From: Haplodiscus bocki | Taxonomy: Eukaryota | Length of the DNA stretch: 64,000 nt | Assembly: GCA_965655095.1 (NCBI GenBank) | Contig: OZ296653.1 | Location: 5,456,001-5,520,000, forward strand | Direction of reading: 5' to 3' | Shown: positions 48,701 to 63,960 of the stretch, in pieces | Layout: each line of letters begins with the position of its first letter | How positions within the stretch are numbered: the first letter of the stretch is position 1 | Program-made: the position numbers and the translations under genes | The notes under the pieces: model-generated | The model's database searches: none | Told to the model about the DNA's origin: nothing | The model's input: only the letters and a program-made list of their open reading frames with translations

Positions 48701-51700
48701 TTGAAAAAAACGTAGGTGCAAAAAAAACTGAGCGTGCTATTTTTGCTTATCGTGCAATTGGTAAAGATATCGTGAAAACAAACAAAAGCATCAAGGATGA
48801 TAGGCCATAGGCGTTGCGAAGTTAGAATACTGAAAAATTGGGATTGAAAAATTTAGCAAAAATCCCCGCCGCGTAAAAAAAGGAACACTAAAATTCGGAG
48901 CATACAATGGTCTAACTGTTAAACCTTGATATTTTGAATACCTTCCAAATTTTCGACTCGTGAATCAAAAAAATTTTGGACGGAAAGAAAGGACACCAAC
49001 TTGAAAAAAAAATAGAAAAAAAAGCTAAGAATTCAATTGACAAACTTGAGAAAATGTATATCTAGTAGCAAAAGTGCTTGAAACAACAAAGAGTAAACAG
49101 CGACATTCGCTCTAGCGTCGGGTATCGGCGAAGAAAGTAAAAACATCAAAGCGATAAAAAAGAATTACTCCAGTTCATTTCATGGCTGAACCTCGCCCAG
49201 TCCGTCAGTCACGCTTAAGTTTGCGCAGAAAATAGGAACAAAGAAAGGGGATCATTAGAGAGCAAAACCTAAGAGCACAAAAACAATATTGCGAAAATGA
49301 TACATAAAACAAATGTTCGGATTTGAAAAAGGATTATTGCAAATCTCGCCAAATGGATCAAATAAAAGTAATATTGCATCTCTAAAACAGAAAACACCAG
49401 GTGAAAAAAGACAAGATTTTGGAAGAATCGTTTTCCTACCATATAGGAAAAATGTGCGAAAAAAATACATACCGACGCAACAAGCGGAAAAAAACTACTG
49501 GAAAAAAATCTGAGAACCATTCAAACTATTGCGTATGGGGGGTTGCTTGCAAAGACCACCAGTCACTCCTCAAACCTCTGATCCGCAAAAAAATGAAAAA
49601 AAATCATTTAGCTTGAAATTAGCTATGCATTTGCCTGGACACTACAGCGGACTAAAAATGAAAAATTAAACCCACTGAAACGCGTCAAGACACTTTTGCT
49701 GCAGATTCCCCACTCCTTAGCAACTCCACCCACGTTGACATTTTTTCGATGATTCAAAAATTATGGTAATTGATTGCGCTCCCACAACTTGAGAACACAA
49801 AGCTATTACCAGGACATTCTACTTGATAATAAATGGGGAAAAAGTTCCTTCCTACCAGGACGTTATCATAAAGCATTTGAATAAGGTATTAAGGACATGA
49901 AATACAAACAAACTAGAATTTGAACAGTAACGAGTACCTTGAAAAAAACAAAAAAAGAACGATTGAGCCAGAAACATTTCCCATGACAGATTCAACACTA
50001 AGTGAAGGTTAACCAATAAACAAAATACTGTCCAAAAATGACGGAAGAATGGCAGAAAGTGTCAGCAATTTCATATCAGTTTAGACTGGCACAAAGCCCC
50101 TACAAACGTAAAAGGTACAAGCAGCATGAGAGAGTAGTTGAGTCGTTAAAGAAATACCAATTTGCTTTTTCCTTTCTTGCAAGTTAAATTTCAAAAAAGT
50201 CAACAGGAAGACTGCGATAGTGTGGAAAACTCAGTCGCAACACTTTTCGGGTGAGCCTGAAAGAAATCAACTTCTTTTTTTACTGACTATATGGTTCAGC
50301 TGCGTCAGAGAATGGCAACTGCAGCGATCCATTCCAACGAGAATGTTTCATTTCGTTTTCACAGGCTATTTGTCCTGGGATCATTGCCTAAAAATTTTCT
50401 TTAAAAACCAGGCAAAATTTTCAACGGTCACATCTCATCAAGTCAGACCACCAGTAAGCTCACATTGAATATTGAATAACCCAAGTAACAAACAAGGGGG
50501 CTCACAGTTCGGTCCAAACCCCGACGACATATGCGATTGTTTGGATATAGCTTGATAGTTCGAAAGTTAGGATTCAGAATAAAGAAACCGCAAAAAATAC
50601 ATATGAAGGAGGAGCGCCTCCAACCGGTCACAGGACTTACATGCGCTGTCCCTTTCAAATTCACAGTCAATGAAAAATTCGTTAACCAAGGGCATTTATT
50701 TCAAGCTATGAGCTCACGCGCGGCTCCAAAATACCCATCCTCTCTAATCAACACTCACGTGGTACTAATCTTAGCAAACAGAAATCCCGCGATTCTCTAG
50801 AATTCCACAGACCGGATCAACCAGGCTTTCTCCGCATAGAACTCCGCAGTAAAAATGGAAACAATTCCCGAATTTAACTTCGCCATCCACTCACAGTACT
50901 TAAGATAACTTTCCCATTCCATGTACCTAAGCTAAAGTCAACAATTTTTTCTTTCCCTCCGATCCCAAAGCCTGAAAAAAACCAGGCCTATGCACGGATA
51001 AAAAAAGGAAGTGGACTCTAACCACTGCGACTTATCCGGCTCTTCCCAGTACTTTCCATATCATCCTTAATCACGATGTCGAACCTAAACTGGAATAACT
51101 ATGGCTTCCAAGACATTTTTTGTCTTTGCCTTCATTCCAACGGCATCGGAATGACTACAAATAAGCCAGACTCGAAGCCGTAAAATATTCAAAACTTTTG
51201 AACACAATTCAGCATTGCCGGCCACTGTACTTACTTGGTAATTACTCTACAAATTGTAACGTTTTTTTAACCTGTCGCACGAAAATTCAAGTATATAGAC
51301 TGGGCGGGGGCAAAAACTTCAAAATTCATTTAACTTGCGCGCCCTAACCGACATTATCATATTGCTTCCGGATGACCCCTCTTCCTATATTCAGACACAG
51401 CTATGCTGAGCTTTAAAAAAAACACTCTTTTTAAATATCGCACGAAATTCTTCATGTCGAACGAGGTCGCGAAATGTCCTTCGAAAAAAAAAACGTTAAA
51501 AACTGAAGAAAAAAGTTACTTCGAAAAACAATTATTTTCCAAATGCCTAAAAGTGTGACTACTTTATACACTCATAATCGCATCATTAAATTTTTGAATG
51601 CTTTTCTGTACCATTTCCAGTCATTTGAGAAACGATTCGTTTATTTGTTTCACTAGCACACTCTTCGGCCAGATCAAATTTTTGATCTGTCCAATATTAT

Positions 51701-52937
51701 TTGATAGATCCTTTCACGTTTCTTTTCGATTTCGAAGCAAATATCACACTGAACGAATAAAGCAGGCGAGTGAATGTACCGGATGGCTTGATAAACTCAG
51801 TCGCTTTCTTCATTCGGCATCATCATCATCACACCATAACCGAAACACTATTATTGAATTTCTTACTCGCTTTTTATTGGCTCACTATTCTCACTTGCTT
51901 TTTCCGTTCTTTCCACAAGGACGTCAAAAAATTGGACAGTTTTGAAAAGCCGCGACACCGTTTTATATCTCCGTTATGAAAACGATTTTGATAATTCGCC
52001 GAAAAATACTTATCTTAACACTGATTCACCATATCATCTGCCGAGGCCGCTGTTTGTCACAAACCTTGATAACATCATTTCGCAAACATCGTTAGATTAC
52101 TGCTTTAGTAGACTTCACACAGCAGTGTTTTAAATATCGGTATTACCTATTTTACAAGGCTGTGATAGAGAAATGGAACAAAAAAAATCGAAAGAAAACG
52201 GGACAGGTGAATATTTGAAATTCTAGCTAACTCACAAGAAAGCTATAGGAACAAAAGTTCGTTGGATTTTTTATGTCCATCACAATGGTGTTTGCTTGCA
52301 AAAAAAAAAAGATGAATATAGAAGATAGGTCTTCGTAATTTTACTCCTGAAGCCATCATTCTTTACAAATCTCGACGTATTCGAAGCATTTATAACCAAT
52401 TTGGCCAAAATGTTCTTTTTCAAAGGTCACAAAGCCGAGACATGGTTCATTATCTCCATTGTATATTGTACAGTAGTGTCAGAAAAGAATGGAATCATTG
52501 TGAATAAATTCCGGAACGCTACAAATCTTTCGTAATACTCAAAAACAACTTAAAATCACAAAATATGATCGAAACAAAAGTTTCCTAGAATTTTATCTAG
52601 TTTACAACAGTCGTTGTTTGAAACTTCTAGAATCATTATTATAGAAGTTAGGAGATTTCGCATCTCTATGTATTAAGATAGGAGAATGATTTTGCATCAC
52701 AACTTTCAATGTTATAAGTACCTTCTACTCCGTTTTTGTTTATTACATTTCATATACTGTCAAAATCTACCTCATCTACTGATTACACTCAGAATTTGGC
52801 AGCTCCCCAGTGTTGTTTACACAATCAAAATACGCAGGACATTCCTTGAGGAAAAAATAGTCAATCCCAATGTCAATACGTTGTAAAGGGTGTCATTTTT
52901 TAGAGAATGTTCATGTATTTTGATACTGTAAACACTG

Positions 52938-53128
52938 CGGAGCTCCCTAACTCCCTTCCCCCTCCCCCCGTTACCATTATTAACGACAATTTTGACTTCC
53001 TTCCCCCACGCGAAAGCGAACTCGTTTCTGATTGGCTAAAATTCACTCGCGCGTGAGTTAAAACATTACGCCGCTTATTATTTCGCATATTCATTATGAT
53101 GGGGAGGGGGGCTAACAGAAAAGATCCC
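52938..53128. mobile_element. Second copy of the MITE family at 23058
   Basis: Shared core cccacgc..aagcgaact...ctgattggctaaaattcac..cgcgtgagtt.aa.cattac and right TIR taacagaaaagatcc; left end diverged; no clear TSD. Confidence 0.75.
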
Positions 53129-53740
53129 GGATTACTTTTTGGCAAAATAAAATTATTCACCAATTTTTCGAATATGTGAAAAGACCACAGGAAATGTTTT
53201 TTTTTCAATTATTCCATTTGAAATTCAATTTGAGTACACATTGGGGCACTAGGAGGGGGAGTTTCAAAAAATTTAGGAAATTTTTAGGGCTATAAAACGA
53301 ATTCAATTGACGCCTCCGTTCCAGATGCTAATAGCCTAGGGGCACAATGTTCAAGTTTACACACAAGAAATTTTCATCAAAACGACTTCATGTACCAAGT
53401 CAGTAACGGCCCATTTTTTGGCTCGAAATATGAATAGGGTGGTTTTTTGGGGAAAAGTTGACTATGCCAACAAAAATGGAATTATTTTTTTCTCAAATCA
53501 AAATTTTGTCTGAGACACTTGGGGCGATATAAACTGTCTGAGAAAGACCGTAGTTCAAAAAGTGCAAAAGGTGGCGGTGGTCGAATTTGTTCGGTTTTTG
53601 TGAAAGTGAAATTTTGGAGCTCTATTTTATCGCTGCTTCGTTCTGCCGCCGAATTTGGCTGACTGGCAAAATTGAAGACACAAAGTTGAAGGTGGGAGGA
53701 ATTTTGTGAAAAGTGAAATTATGGTACTTTCTCAACTGAC

Positions 53741-54022
53741 TTGATCTTACTCCAGCTGCGCCCAGTTGGGATCTCAGCATTTCGTTCTCCACTTTGAGAC
53801 GCTGGTTCTCACTCAACAAGTGTTTCACATCCGCACTAGTGAAGTAGTCGTTGGCAGAAGTGGCTGCGGCGGCTGCTGCTGCTCGGCTGTTGTAGGAGCC
53901 AGTTGTGAGAGAAGCAGAAGCAGCGACTCCTCTCCCAACAGCAGGTCTTCCTATTCTGGACTTAACGGGTTGCAGGTTACCTCCACTGGTGGGAAAGGCG
54001 TTGTTGTAACCATTTACACTCG
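53741..54022 (-). CDS. Putative internal exon of unidentified host gene (low-complexity plus coiled coil)
   Basis: Strong acceptor tgtctcttttcag (54023-54024); open frame ..RAAAAAATSANDYFTSADVKHLLSENQRLKVENEMLRSQLG... Donor ambiguous; GTCAGT at 53740 is phase-compatible with the 42942 exon. Confidence 0.55.
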
Positions 54023-57000
54023 CTGAAAAGAGACAACACTCACAAATGGAAGCAAATGGTTGCACAATGAAAAATCTTCATGGATAAAAATTGACTTAAT
54101 AAACACAGGAAATCGGCTCATGCTCTTCTCGGTCATTGGCGTCTTACATTTTAAGACTTTCCAAAAATATTGAAAACAAAGGCGAAGCGGAACTTCCAAA
54201 CACTTTCTGACAGGTTAGCTGAGATTAAAGATTCTGAAAGACATCTGAAATCATGATCGGACATGTGATTGACACTTTTAGAAATACTACTCCAGCTAAC
54301 AATGGAGAGAGTTCGAAAGTCAAATTGAGACAAGTACCTATCATAAGGTCTCATACTTGAAAAGTTGATACGTCAACCATGTCTTTTAAGGTCACACTAT
54401 TTTGCCGCCCAATGTTCCAGAAGTTTTCACAGTAAAAAACACGAAAAGGAACAAGTACCTGCAAAACTCTCATTCACAAATTGATTTGTCAGTCTTGTCT
54501 TTTCAGGTAGGCCATTTTCCTGCCAAGTTTAAAGAAGTTAGCACAGTGAACAAAGCGAAAATGAACAAGTACCTACTGCATAAGAAATTCAACCTGACAT
54601 CGCAGCACAATTTTTGAGAAAATGTAAATTACATCTTGCATGCTTTCCCAACATGCCGGGCATGGAATGAGTAGTCCGGAATCTCCAAGGCGGGAAATGA
54701 CAATCTTGAGAACAATATTGAGAATCGCTCAAATTACCCACAAAATTGCAGAAACAAGAACGATATCAGACCAGAGACTTGAACTGATAATCAGCTATTT
54801 AGATATTATGGCGATCATTGAAAGTATGCCTATTGGTATTTTCATTCAAGCTATGGTTTCCACTACAATACAATTTTGAATGACCACTACAGAAAAATTG
54901 GTGATGAGCTGGGTCCTGAAATGACAAGATTTGTGAAACTCAGATCAAGGAAGTTGGTATATATTTTCCGGGTAAACCACAAGTTCAGAGGATGGAGAAC
55001 ATCTCCACATAGCTTCAAGTGATGGTTACTATGTGTATCTGCCAGTTTAATATCTAAATTTACCTTTTCAGCAAGTGTGTGCTATTTTCAGCTTAAGCGT
55101 TAAACTGTTGTATTTTGCTAATCAGGGCTTATCGAGGGCCGTTCGCTTTGTTTCAGCTATTTTGTTATTCCATAACGCTCACGGCCCGTACCCAGACTGA
55201 AAAAAAACCCAAAAAAACTCGAACTTTACCAGCATTCCCTTTCCGCCAGAATGGTTCTTCGTGAGCATCAATCATGACTGTTGCTGAAAAAACTCTTAGC
55301 GACAAATCAGGAAATATTCAATTGCTCGCTATTCTTCCCCATTTCTGGAGAAATCTCCTGGACCTGGTTCCCCTCGAAAATCGTGATGTTACGATTTGAG
55401 AGCCTTACAATAACACCAGAACGCAAGAAGATCGAACAAGAGAGCGGAAATTTGAGAAAGGAAGCAAAATACAACTCAAGGGAGTGAAGAATAACTATAT
55501 GGCCATCACTGACCGCCAAAAACCTCCGCCGTGACGTCGTCAAACCAGAACAAGCAAAGCACCAGAAAAATTGACAGAATATTCAAATTTACAGCAAGAA
55601 GCGGCAATTTTTTCGATTTTGCCCGTTTCTTGGCCATTTTTTGAGAACACGACGTCGGACCGAGCAAATTACCTCGCAATATGGTCCTTCCAGCACTAGG
55701 AGCGGCTTGTAGCGTACATCCAGCTCAGGAGTTGACTTAAGTTGTTAACTGAAAAGCAAAAGCGCATACCTGAGCGTTTTCTTGGAAAAAGAAAATCGAA
55801 GGATAGAAGATCGAAGAAGGAATTAGACGCTCCAGGGCACGGCAATAGCTTCAGAGTGTACCAAGATGCAACTTTCCGAAAACAAAATTGGTCCGTTCTG
55901 ATCAATACTAAGGAAGTTACTAGCGCAAACGTTGGAAAACAGTCGAAATTGCGATACAACTGGACTAAACGAGCTTTCCAATCCAAAATATTCATAAACC
56001 CGAACTTCGTAAGTTAAAGCTCAAAACCGAACTCAGTGCAATTTTCTCAGCTCACAGGCGCAATTTCAGCCCATTGGGACGAGTGGTTGGCGAGAAAAAA
56101 ATGTAACCCCCCCCCCAAAAAAAAAAAAACGGCATAGTTCAGTTTGTACAGCCCTGAACGGATCGTTTTCGGAAACAAAAAGTGTCTCTAAAAACCTATG
56201 AGTCAAATTTCAGCTTTCATTCATTCACTCAGCGGACCACGGAGACCTTCTCTGTCAACTTTGAGGGTCGTTGACGATTATAGAACCACTTTGGGAAAAA
56301 ATGCCATATTCAGGAGAAATCCTGAAACTTGCGACCTAGAGTCGAATGGTACTAAACCCAATGTGACCCTACAAACCTCAAGGACAAAAATTTTGTGAAT
56401 TATTGATACCGTTTGCGACCATTTGGGGAATAGGAAACTAATTTGGAAGAAGTTGCGAGGCCTAAAGCTTGTCCCAAAAAGCCCTACTTTTAAACCGATT
56501 TTTTGAAACTTGTGAGCTAAGCTGGATAGTTCCTGAAATCTTGGTAACGACATCAAGCTTTTTATCGCTATTCAACTGATACATGATACTGTTTGCAACA
56601 ACTCTGAGGGTCGGAAACCGATTGAAAACTCATGCCGGGCCACCTAATTTTTAATGGTTTTGACAATGCTTGGTTCCCAGAACAAATTTTTACCAATTAG
56701 ATCGCTGACCTCAGAAGCCTCATAACCACGTGTAACGGTTGTCATAGAACAATAAGACAACTTTGAGTACATTCGGACAATTACCGAGACGTGATCTCAA
56801 CGGTCCCAAACATGGAAAAAAACTCGAGGTTGACAAAATTCCCATTCCTAGAACCTCAGAAATAAGGTCAATTGATTGTACCACCTCAAACAAGTTGCTT
56901 TCGAGTCGTGCACCTCTATAACACCTGCACGAATTTTGGTGAGGAACGAACCAGAAGAACTGACTCCCTACTGTTCCAGAAAGATTTTCGCGTTCTAACA

Positions 57001-57499
57001 GCAAGAAAAACTGATGTTAAGGATTTCAAGAAGGCCCAAATGCTTCCTAATGACGTAACGACTCCAATCGTAGGTCGCGAACACGCCGAGCAAGTTCAAA
57101 GACGATGAGCTTAGTTCTAAATTTTCGCAACTTGACACGGGGAACAGACGTAGTTTTATAATTGATATTGCGATAACATCTCGAGTTTTTTCCAAGAAGA
57201 AGCTCAGCCACAATGCGTTGTTATCTACGGGTCAAGCCCCACACGTTGTTGAACCGACTAGGCAGCAGGAACCGGGGGAAAATTGCGCATCGGATATGCA
57301 TGCAAATTCACCCCAGAAAAAAACAAATATCTATTTTTTGGTCTTCTGGGACCTCGTTTTTGACTTTCACACCTTCCATTACCACTCTTTGGAAGTTTAC
57401 ACTTGTAAACAAAACGTTGAAACAAAAAGACTCAAAACAGCACACAACCGAAACAGATGTCGGAAGGGTTATCAAAAAACAGCCGAAAGGCAATAACTA

Positions 57500-60400
57500 A
57501 AACGGCAGTCAAAACTGCTGCTGGGCTAACCCAGTCTTCGGGTGAAAAGACAACTTCTCCAACTCTAGAGGGGAATTTGGGAAATTACTTAAGTGAAAAA
57601 AATCTTATTTTGAAAACCTAACATTTCGAAAAAACTGAACTCGAGCGAACCTAATGCAGTGATGGAGAAACTTCCAACTGTCTAACTCATGTGGCAGTCA
57701 TTTTCCAGGGCGATGTGAAAATCCAGACCGAGGAAATCCAAGTACAGTCACAAACAGTCGAAATCGACACCACCCTAGAATGAACAAGAATCTACACCAC
57801 CGATAGAACAAGAAGAATAGGAGTTAAGGGACCAATGTGAGCTTCGTGTCCGAAAACGCGCAACGATATGGCTCCATCACATCGACGAAAAATTACTTTC
57901 AGTCAACTAGCAGTGGAGATCAAAAGACTGGTCCCCAGTACCAGCCAGAAGCAGCAGCGTGGACAACTAAAGGAATGAGACGCGAAATCACAACTGTCGA
58001 AGTGAATCAACCTTACCAATTGGTTCTCTTGCCGAAACAAGGGATAAACAACTATCTTCTATTATTGGCAACCTTCATGAGGAACCCATGGTGAGTAACT
58101 GCAAACTGCCACATTAGCGACATAGATCGAGAACTGAACCAACGAGTAGATTCTCTAAGCAAAGAATGCACGAAGGAAAAAATTCATGAAAAAGAAGAAT
58201 CGCTCGGACATTTCGAAACTAATGGCCGCGAACACACACAAGCAACGGAGCGTGGGACCTTGCTGATCCGGCGACTGATAGCAGAAATGAGATGCAGTAG
58301 ACATCCTAGATGCCAAAGTGGCGCAGCACAAAGATTAGTGGCCCAGTTAACCACCAACTGAAAGAAGTCAAGGGGGTTCAAAAATCAGTGTCAAAAAGAA
58401 CAACTTCCTACAGTTAGTTGGCATACGGAACCAATTCCTAGAGGCCTGCAACCCACGACCAAAGACCAGAGCGTTGCTGCCATTAATTGGGTTACTGAAC
58501 CTTGTTGACTCGCAATCTTGGGAACTCAGCCATGACACAAATTGATTCAAGAACCACTGGGATTGGGACGCAAAGACAATCCTACGCTACCACGAACGCA
58601 GCCTTTGTTTTCAAGTAGAAGAAAGATGATACTCGTAGGAGATTCTCTAACAGTGAACATAGGAACACAACTGTGTTGAATTACTCGAAGTTACCAAGGA
58701 GCTGGCCAACTGAACCTACTCACTGGTACCAATGTCACCAAACTAGCAACAGATACACACTATCCGAGACAATCACGAGAAATTTACAGCCTTCGGTTTA
58801 GAGTAATGAGTCACGCCAATGGTTTTCAAGGAAAGTCAATGTGGAAATGTCAAGATGGATCACCTTCGTGAATTACGTCATCATGCCCTCACAGCTGTCA
58901 GAAGACTCACACAAGGCCCAAGGCCACCACTTTTGTTGACGTGTATGTCCCATGAAGGGCAGTTGGAACCAACTTTGACGCGTCAAGAATTAGCGAAAAG
59001 ACTGATTTTGAAGCCACGAGTAGCAGTTAGCGGACAACAACAAAAACAACTGACACTAGCAGGATTTGTACGTGCAATGCTGTTCATACACGTCAGAGTT
59101 GAACAGAGACGTCATCGAAGTCATGAAAAGAGAGTTTGTTGAACGGATTTCCTCAGCACAGTTGCGCTGTTGGAGCCTGCACACCATTCGGTTGAAAGGG
59201 GAGATGCAAAATGACTACACTAGGACATTGGCATTGACATTTCCTAGCAATAGCTGTCCGAGGACTGATTGACACCATTGCTTGCTACCAGATCGAGACA
59301 ATCTAGTAGCAGCCAATGGTCCGGAAAAACAAACACTAGGGATAGCAGAGCAGTTACGCTTTATGATTGCATGGTACATCTTACAAGCAGATTCTGTGAT
59401 TTTGGATGACTGTCTGTCCAACGAGTTTATTGTAGGCAGATCAATTGTACGTCATTAGCATGTGCTCGTGGACTTACCTCAAACAAGTTGCTCATCAGGA
59501 ACCAAAAACAGGACAACCTGACAGCTGCTTCCCATGAGGTATATAACGGAATTATCTTTTTTCTTGTACCTGCAGTGAAAAGTTTAATTTGAACCATGGG
59601 ATGAGATATGTTCAAATTCCAAGTGCGAACAAATCGCCATTGGTCACAGGGGTGGCTTCCAATCTTAGTCACCAAGGTTGAACGACTAGCCTAGCCATCT
59701 GTTTCAGCTGACACCCAGAACATTATTGAACTCGACCGATCATGGTTCTGTTCGAGGAACCATGCCAAAACGCCAACCGTCTTGGTAATGCATGTCATCA
59801 TCGCAGGAGTTAAGCTCTCAGAACTTCACAAGCGAACACGAAAAGCGAGTAATAAGAACGTACTTGATCAAACTCCAATTATTCCTACATCTGAAAATGA
59901 GTGTCAGAATCAGAGTGATCACTTGATTACTGTTGAATTCAAGCGAGACAAGCACCTGGATCCCTCAGTGAAGAGCCCATCCAAGGATCAGATCTGACAT
60001 CTGTATAAATTGCATGGGAGGATGGTGGCAGGATACATCTCGAGTGTTTCAAAAAATAAGCACTCAGAAATCTTCATGAGTCATTAGTTCGACTTAAATT
60101 TATGTACTCTTTTGAAGAATGTCATAACTGACCTCGGGAACCGATCGACATCTCGACGGAGCTAGAAAAATGGCAAGGCACCGAAACCAGGGATCGCACC
60201 TTTTGCTAGCTCTACGCATAACCTTTATAGTATTCGTCTACGGTAAAAAAAAAAACGTTGCTGGTTAAAAAAAGCGGTGGAAGCGATTCTGTTGGGACCT
60301 TCGGCAAAGCGATGTAGTAACTTTTTAGGACGTCTATCCTCTGACGATGATCGACGAACGCCTAAATCTTGTCGTTGCACTCTCGCAGACAACCCTTGAA

Positions 60401-63400
60401 GCGTCGAGATAGACCAAGGATAGCGTGCGGAACACATCCTGTCGGATTTAAATATAAATCAACCGAAAACTATTTCATGCAATCTGACGTCAGGAACCTG
60501 GGGACAGCGGCAAGCAAAACGCCGAGGGAAAATCGCGATACTGGTTAACCTATCAAAACAAAGGGCATTGAGGCACGGTTTTCGGTTCTCACTACCAGAG
60601 AGTTTAATCCTATTTGTGCAGTCAGGATTCATCCAGTGAAAGAACTGATGGTTGAACGTGAATTTCGAAAGTTCCCCGACTCTCAGCGAGCTTTTGAGTA
60701 GCTCAAAAAATAAGCTATCTTAAGCAGCATTCCTAATCCTGCCTTTGTGTCTTAGACACAAATGCCAGCAACGTCGGATCGTCAGAAATACTGCACCAGG
60801 AACAGGAAGGGAAGAAAAACTTCCTGTCTTATATACTTTGGTACCCCTAAATGCAACACAAATGAAAAATGTCGCTCCTAAATTACAGTTGTCTGCTGCC
60901 TTCATATTCATCGCAACGTTATCTTCGTGTCTGGCACGGCGGAAATTCACTCTGCGTGCACCCAACTTTGTGGCTCGAAAAGTATCACTCGATGGCTGAC
61001 TAATCCGCAGACGAAAGAAGAATTTAGTTATAAAAATACGACATGCAGATTGGCGATCAAACCCCCCCTCCCCCACGGCCAAAAATTGCACTCCGGGTGG
61101 CCACAGCAAAAAGAAAAATCAACAGTTGCAACGTGCCACAGGAATAACTCGAAACGCTGGCGAGGAGTTTGGATTCCGTCTGATCTAACAGGAGCAATAC
61201 AGGTTGCCCTCGCGCCTGCAGATTGACGAGCCAGGCAACCCAAACCAAGTCTGAAACCAGCCTTCAATCAAAATCGGCAAGAATCGCTCACTCGTCGCCT
61301 ACTGAAAATTTGCCCAACAGCATGAGAAAACTTATTAGGCACGGGTAGCCGTGTCCAAACTGGACCACCCGATCTTCCCATGATACATTTGGCAGCCGGA
61401 CTCAACCGATGAAGCATTGAGGACAGATTCTAATTTGCTCATGACACCAAGAAATCTGGAAAGGATAGGTATTTGTTACTTACGTTCAACAAAACTATCA
61501 ACGTCGTCATGATCCAATCATTTCCGCCATTTCAAGAGAATATTTCAGCAATTTCTCCTCTCGACGGTCTTTCGGAAGCCCAACGAGCTGATGCCGTGAC
61601 ACAGAGCCGAAGAGAAGCTCATGGAAAATGCCACTATCTTCGATCCTGCCTTCGACCCGCAACAACAATCATCAGCAGAAAAAATGAGTGCGCAAACAGG
61701 ACCTTCTCAATAATTCCATTCTCAAAATATTCACCAAGCGCAAAGGCCTCCTAAGGTCCGAACAGCCTCTGCCTAAAGCGCCATATTGGAGCCACGGGTG
61801 TTCCATTCGGATATAATCCGCAAGACTCTCTGAAACATCGTGAAGGACGCGAAGTTGTCAAGTCGAGTCAACAGCGCGATGAATGGCCAGATTTGCAGAG
61901 TGCAGTGATATAACGGATCAATGAAAGCCCCGCTCACGCAGAGAAAGGACACCACGAGGACGCCGCGTGACTGTCGTTGACAAACATAGTGATTGGAAAC
62001 TTCGATAAACTAAGACAGATTGACCACCTCCAAAATTGCAAAACAAAAGCGACACACAGGAGTCTTAGTGATAATGCACTTCACTTCGTGTTCAGATGCA
62101 GCATACACAGCAAAAGCCACAGTCAGACTTTTTAACACGTTTCGCCCGATGGGCAACTCTGACTTCTACAGCTATTCAACATCGCAATCTGACAACGCAA
62201 CTCAGCTCATCGCAGATCTCACCCGAAAAAACGTCCAAATGTCGCATTCCATTCAATTGTTTTCGAAAGCAAACCATCCGCCGAATCACGGCCTTGTCGA
62301 TAAAAGAATACGACACCTCTCAAATTGTTGTCGGTTTATTGTTAAGGGAGAGCGAACGAATAGGAATTGTATCTCGAGGACGTTGTTGGATTTAACAATG
62401 AAACCCATCACAAATCTATTGGATTTTCGTCTTAAATTCCAATGACGGCGAGGAAGTCTATCCCGTTAGCTCATGTGTACCCTAAGTTTGCGATGAGAAA
62501 AGTTGAATTTCACCAGGAAAATGCAACGGATCTCCAAGAACAACAAGTGCTTGAATTAGGTTGCATGAATTTCCACCCAGCTCAAATTTGACAGTAAAAG
62601 CATTTTGGCAAACACTTCAAACGAGAAGTTCTCAATCAAGCTGAAAGTCAAAGTCATTTGCCCCGCTATATCTAAACTAGGCACCGGGAAACTGATGCAC
62701 GAGTAGAGAGGAACATTCGAAACTAATATTGCAAAAAGGACGACGGTATAACCCCATTAATGTAAGAGCATTTTGAAAGTTTCAAGCTAGTAGGGAGCGA
62801 ACCAACAGTTGGAAGGTGGTTCAGGCGGTAAAAGATAGACAGAACGTTTCTCCGGCGGCTGGAACGACCTGGAAGATACAACTTTGCCCCACGAGCGAAC
62901 ACCTTCTGATGTTGATAGAATTGGTGACTTGTCATCCAAGCTCAACAAAATTTCCAACACACCCTCCATCTCAACCTCGAAGCATTCTGCTTCAACCTGG
63001 GCTCAAACGGTCCCTGTAACCCAATTCCCACACCCTCTCAATAAGACCCGCAGCCGCCGAAAGGCCTACCCAAGGAAACAAAATAAAAAGAAGTACAAAC
63101 AAACCACCTTCCAACAGTTCCGAATGACATTTCAGCCCGAAAGATATGTCATATTCAGAACCTAGTACCGCATCGTGCACTACGAGGTCACAAATCTACC
63201 GTCTTCTGCACTTAGAAATTGTCAGTTTCTGCATTTGACAACGAAGCTGTCGATTCACAACATCAGCCAAAGCAACATCTCGAACAAGAACGCAATGACA
63301 ACCTCCTTCCGCATCCATCCTAGATCGACCAACCAAAGAGGGTCGGTCTGCCATCATCCATATATCTGATGCACCTAAGTGCTTTTCCCTAGTTACCCGC

Positions 63401-63960
63401 ACACTCCTTGCATTCACCGACTTCCCATCCAGGATGTTTACAACAGTGACTCCAAAGATTCCTGCCGGTGGAGGGGTACTATCGGTCACGAGGGTACCAG
63501 AGCATTAACCAGCATGCTAGTGGAAACGTCCGGAATAGATGAGTCGAATGAAGAACACATTAAAAAACCAATTCAATTCTCAGCGCAATCAACATCTAAG
63601 TCTGGACTACCAAGTATAGTACTTGATACAATGCCTGTCGCAAGCCATGCAAGATACACGATCGTATCAGGAGGCTTCCGTCAATTTCGAAAAGGAGCGT
63701 CAAAAAAAACATTAGAACGTGTTTCTGATACACTTGTAACATTGAAACCCCAATTATACGTTTTCAGCCCGACTCAACCAGATCCAGGTGCTGCATGCGT
63801 CACGGTGGCCAGCAGAGCAGATATGTTGAATACTTAAGAAATCGCTGGAAAGGTGGGAGAAGCCGTGGGCCTGGAAGTCAACTTGTGGATCAACGTAACA
63901 GCAGCTAAAAAAAAGAAGAAACGATCCATCCAGCGATTAAGCTGGAATATTTGGAGAATT
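57500..63960 (+). mobile_element. Decayed Bel/Pao LTR retrotransposon(s)
   Basis: MHFTSCSDAAY resembling the Pao LH.F.DAS..AY motif (about 62074-62106); FGATGVP resembling FG...SP (about 61785-61803); C-terminal W..G.....PG...V..V....RPI..L-like segment (63840-63950); heavily frameshifted; left boundary approximate. Confidence 0.55.

Noticed and set aside
54500-55050. Coding-like plus-strand segment (..YAYWYFHSSYGFHYN..)
   Set aside because: Multiple stops and no recognisable family
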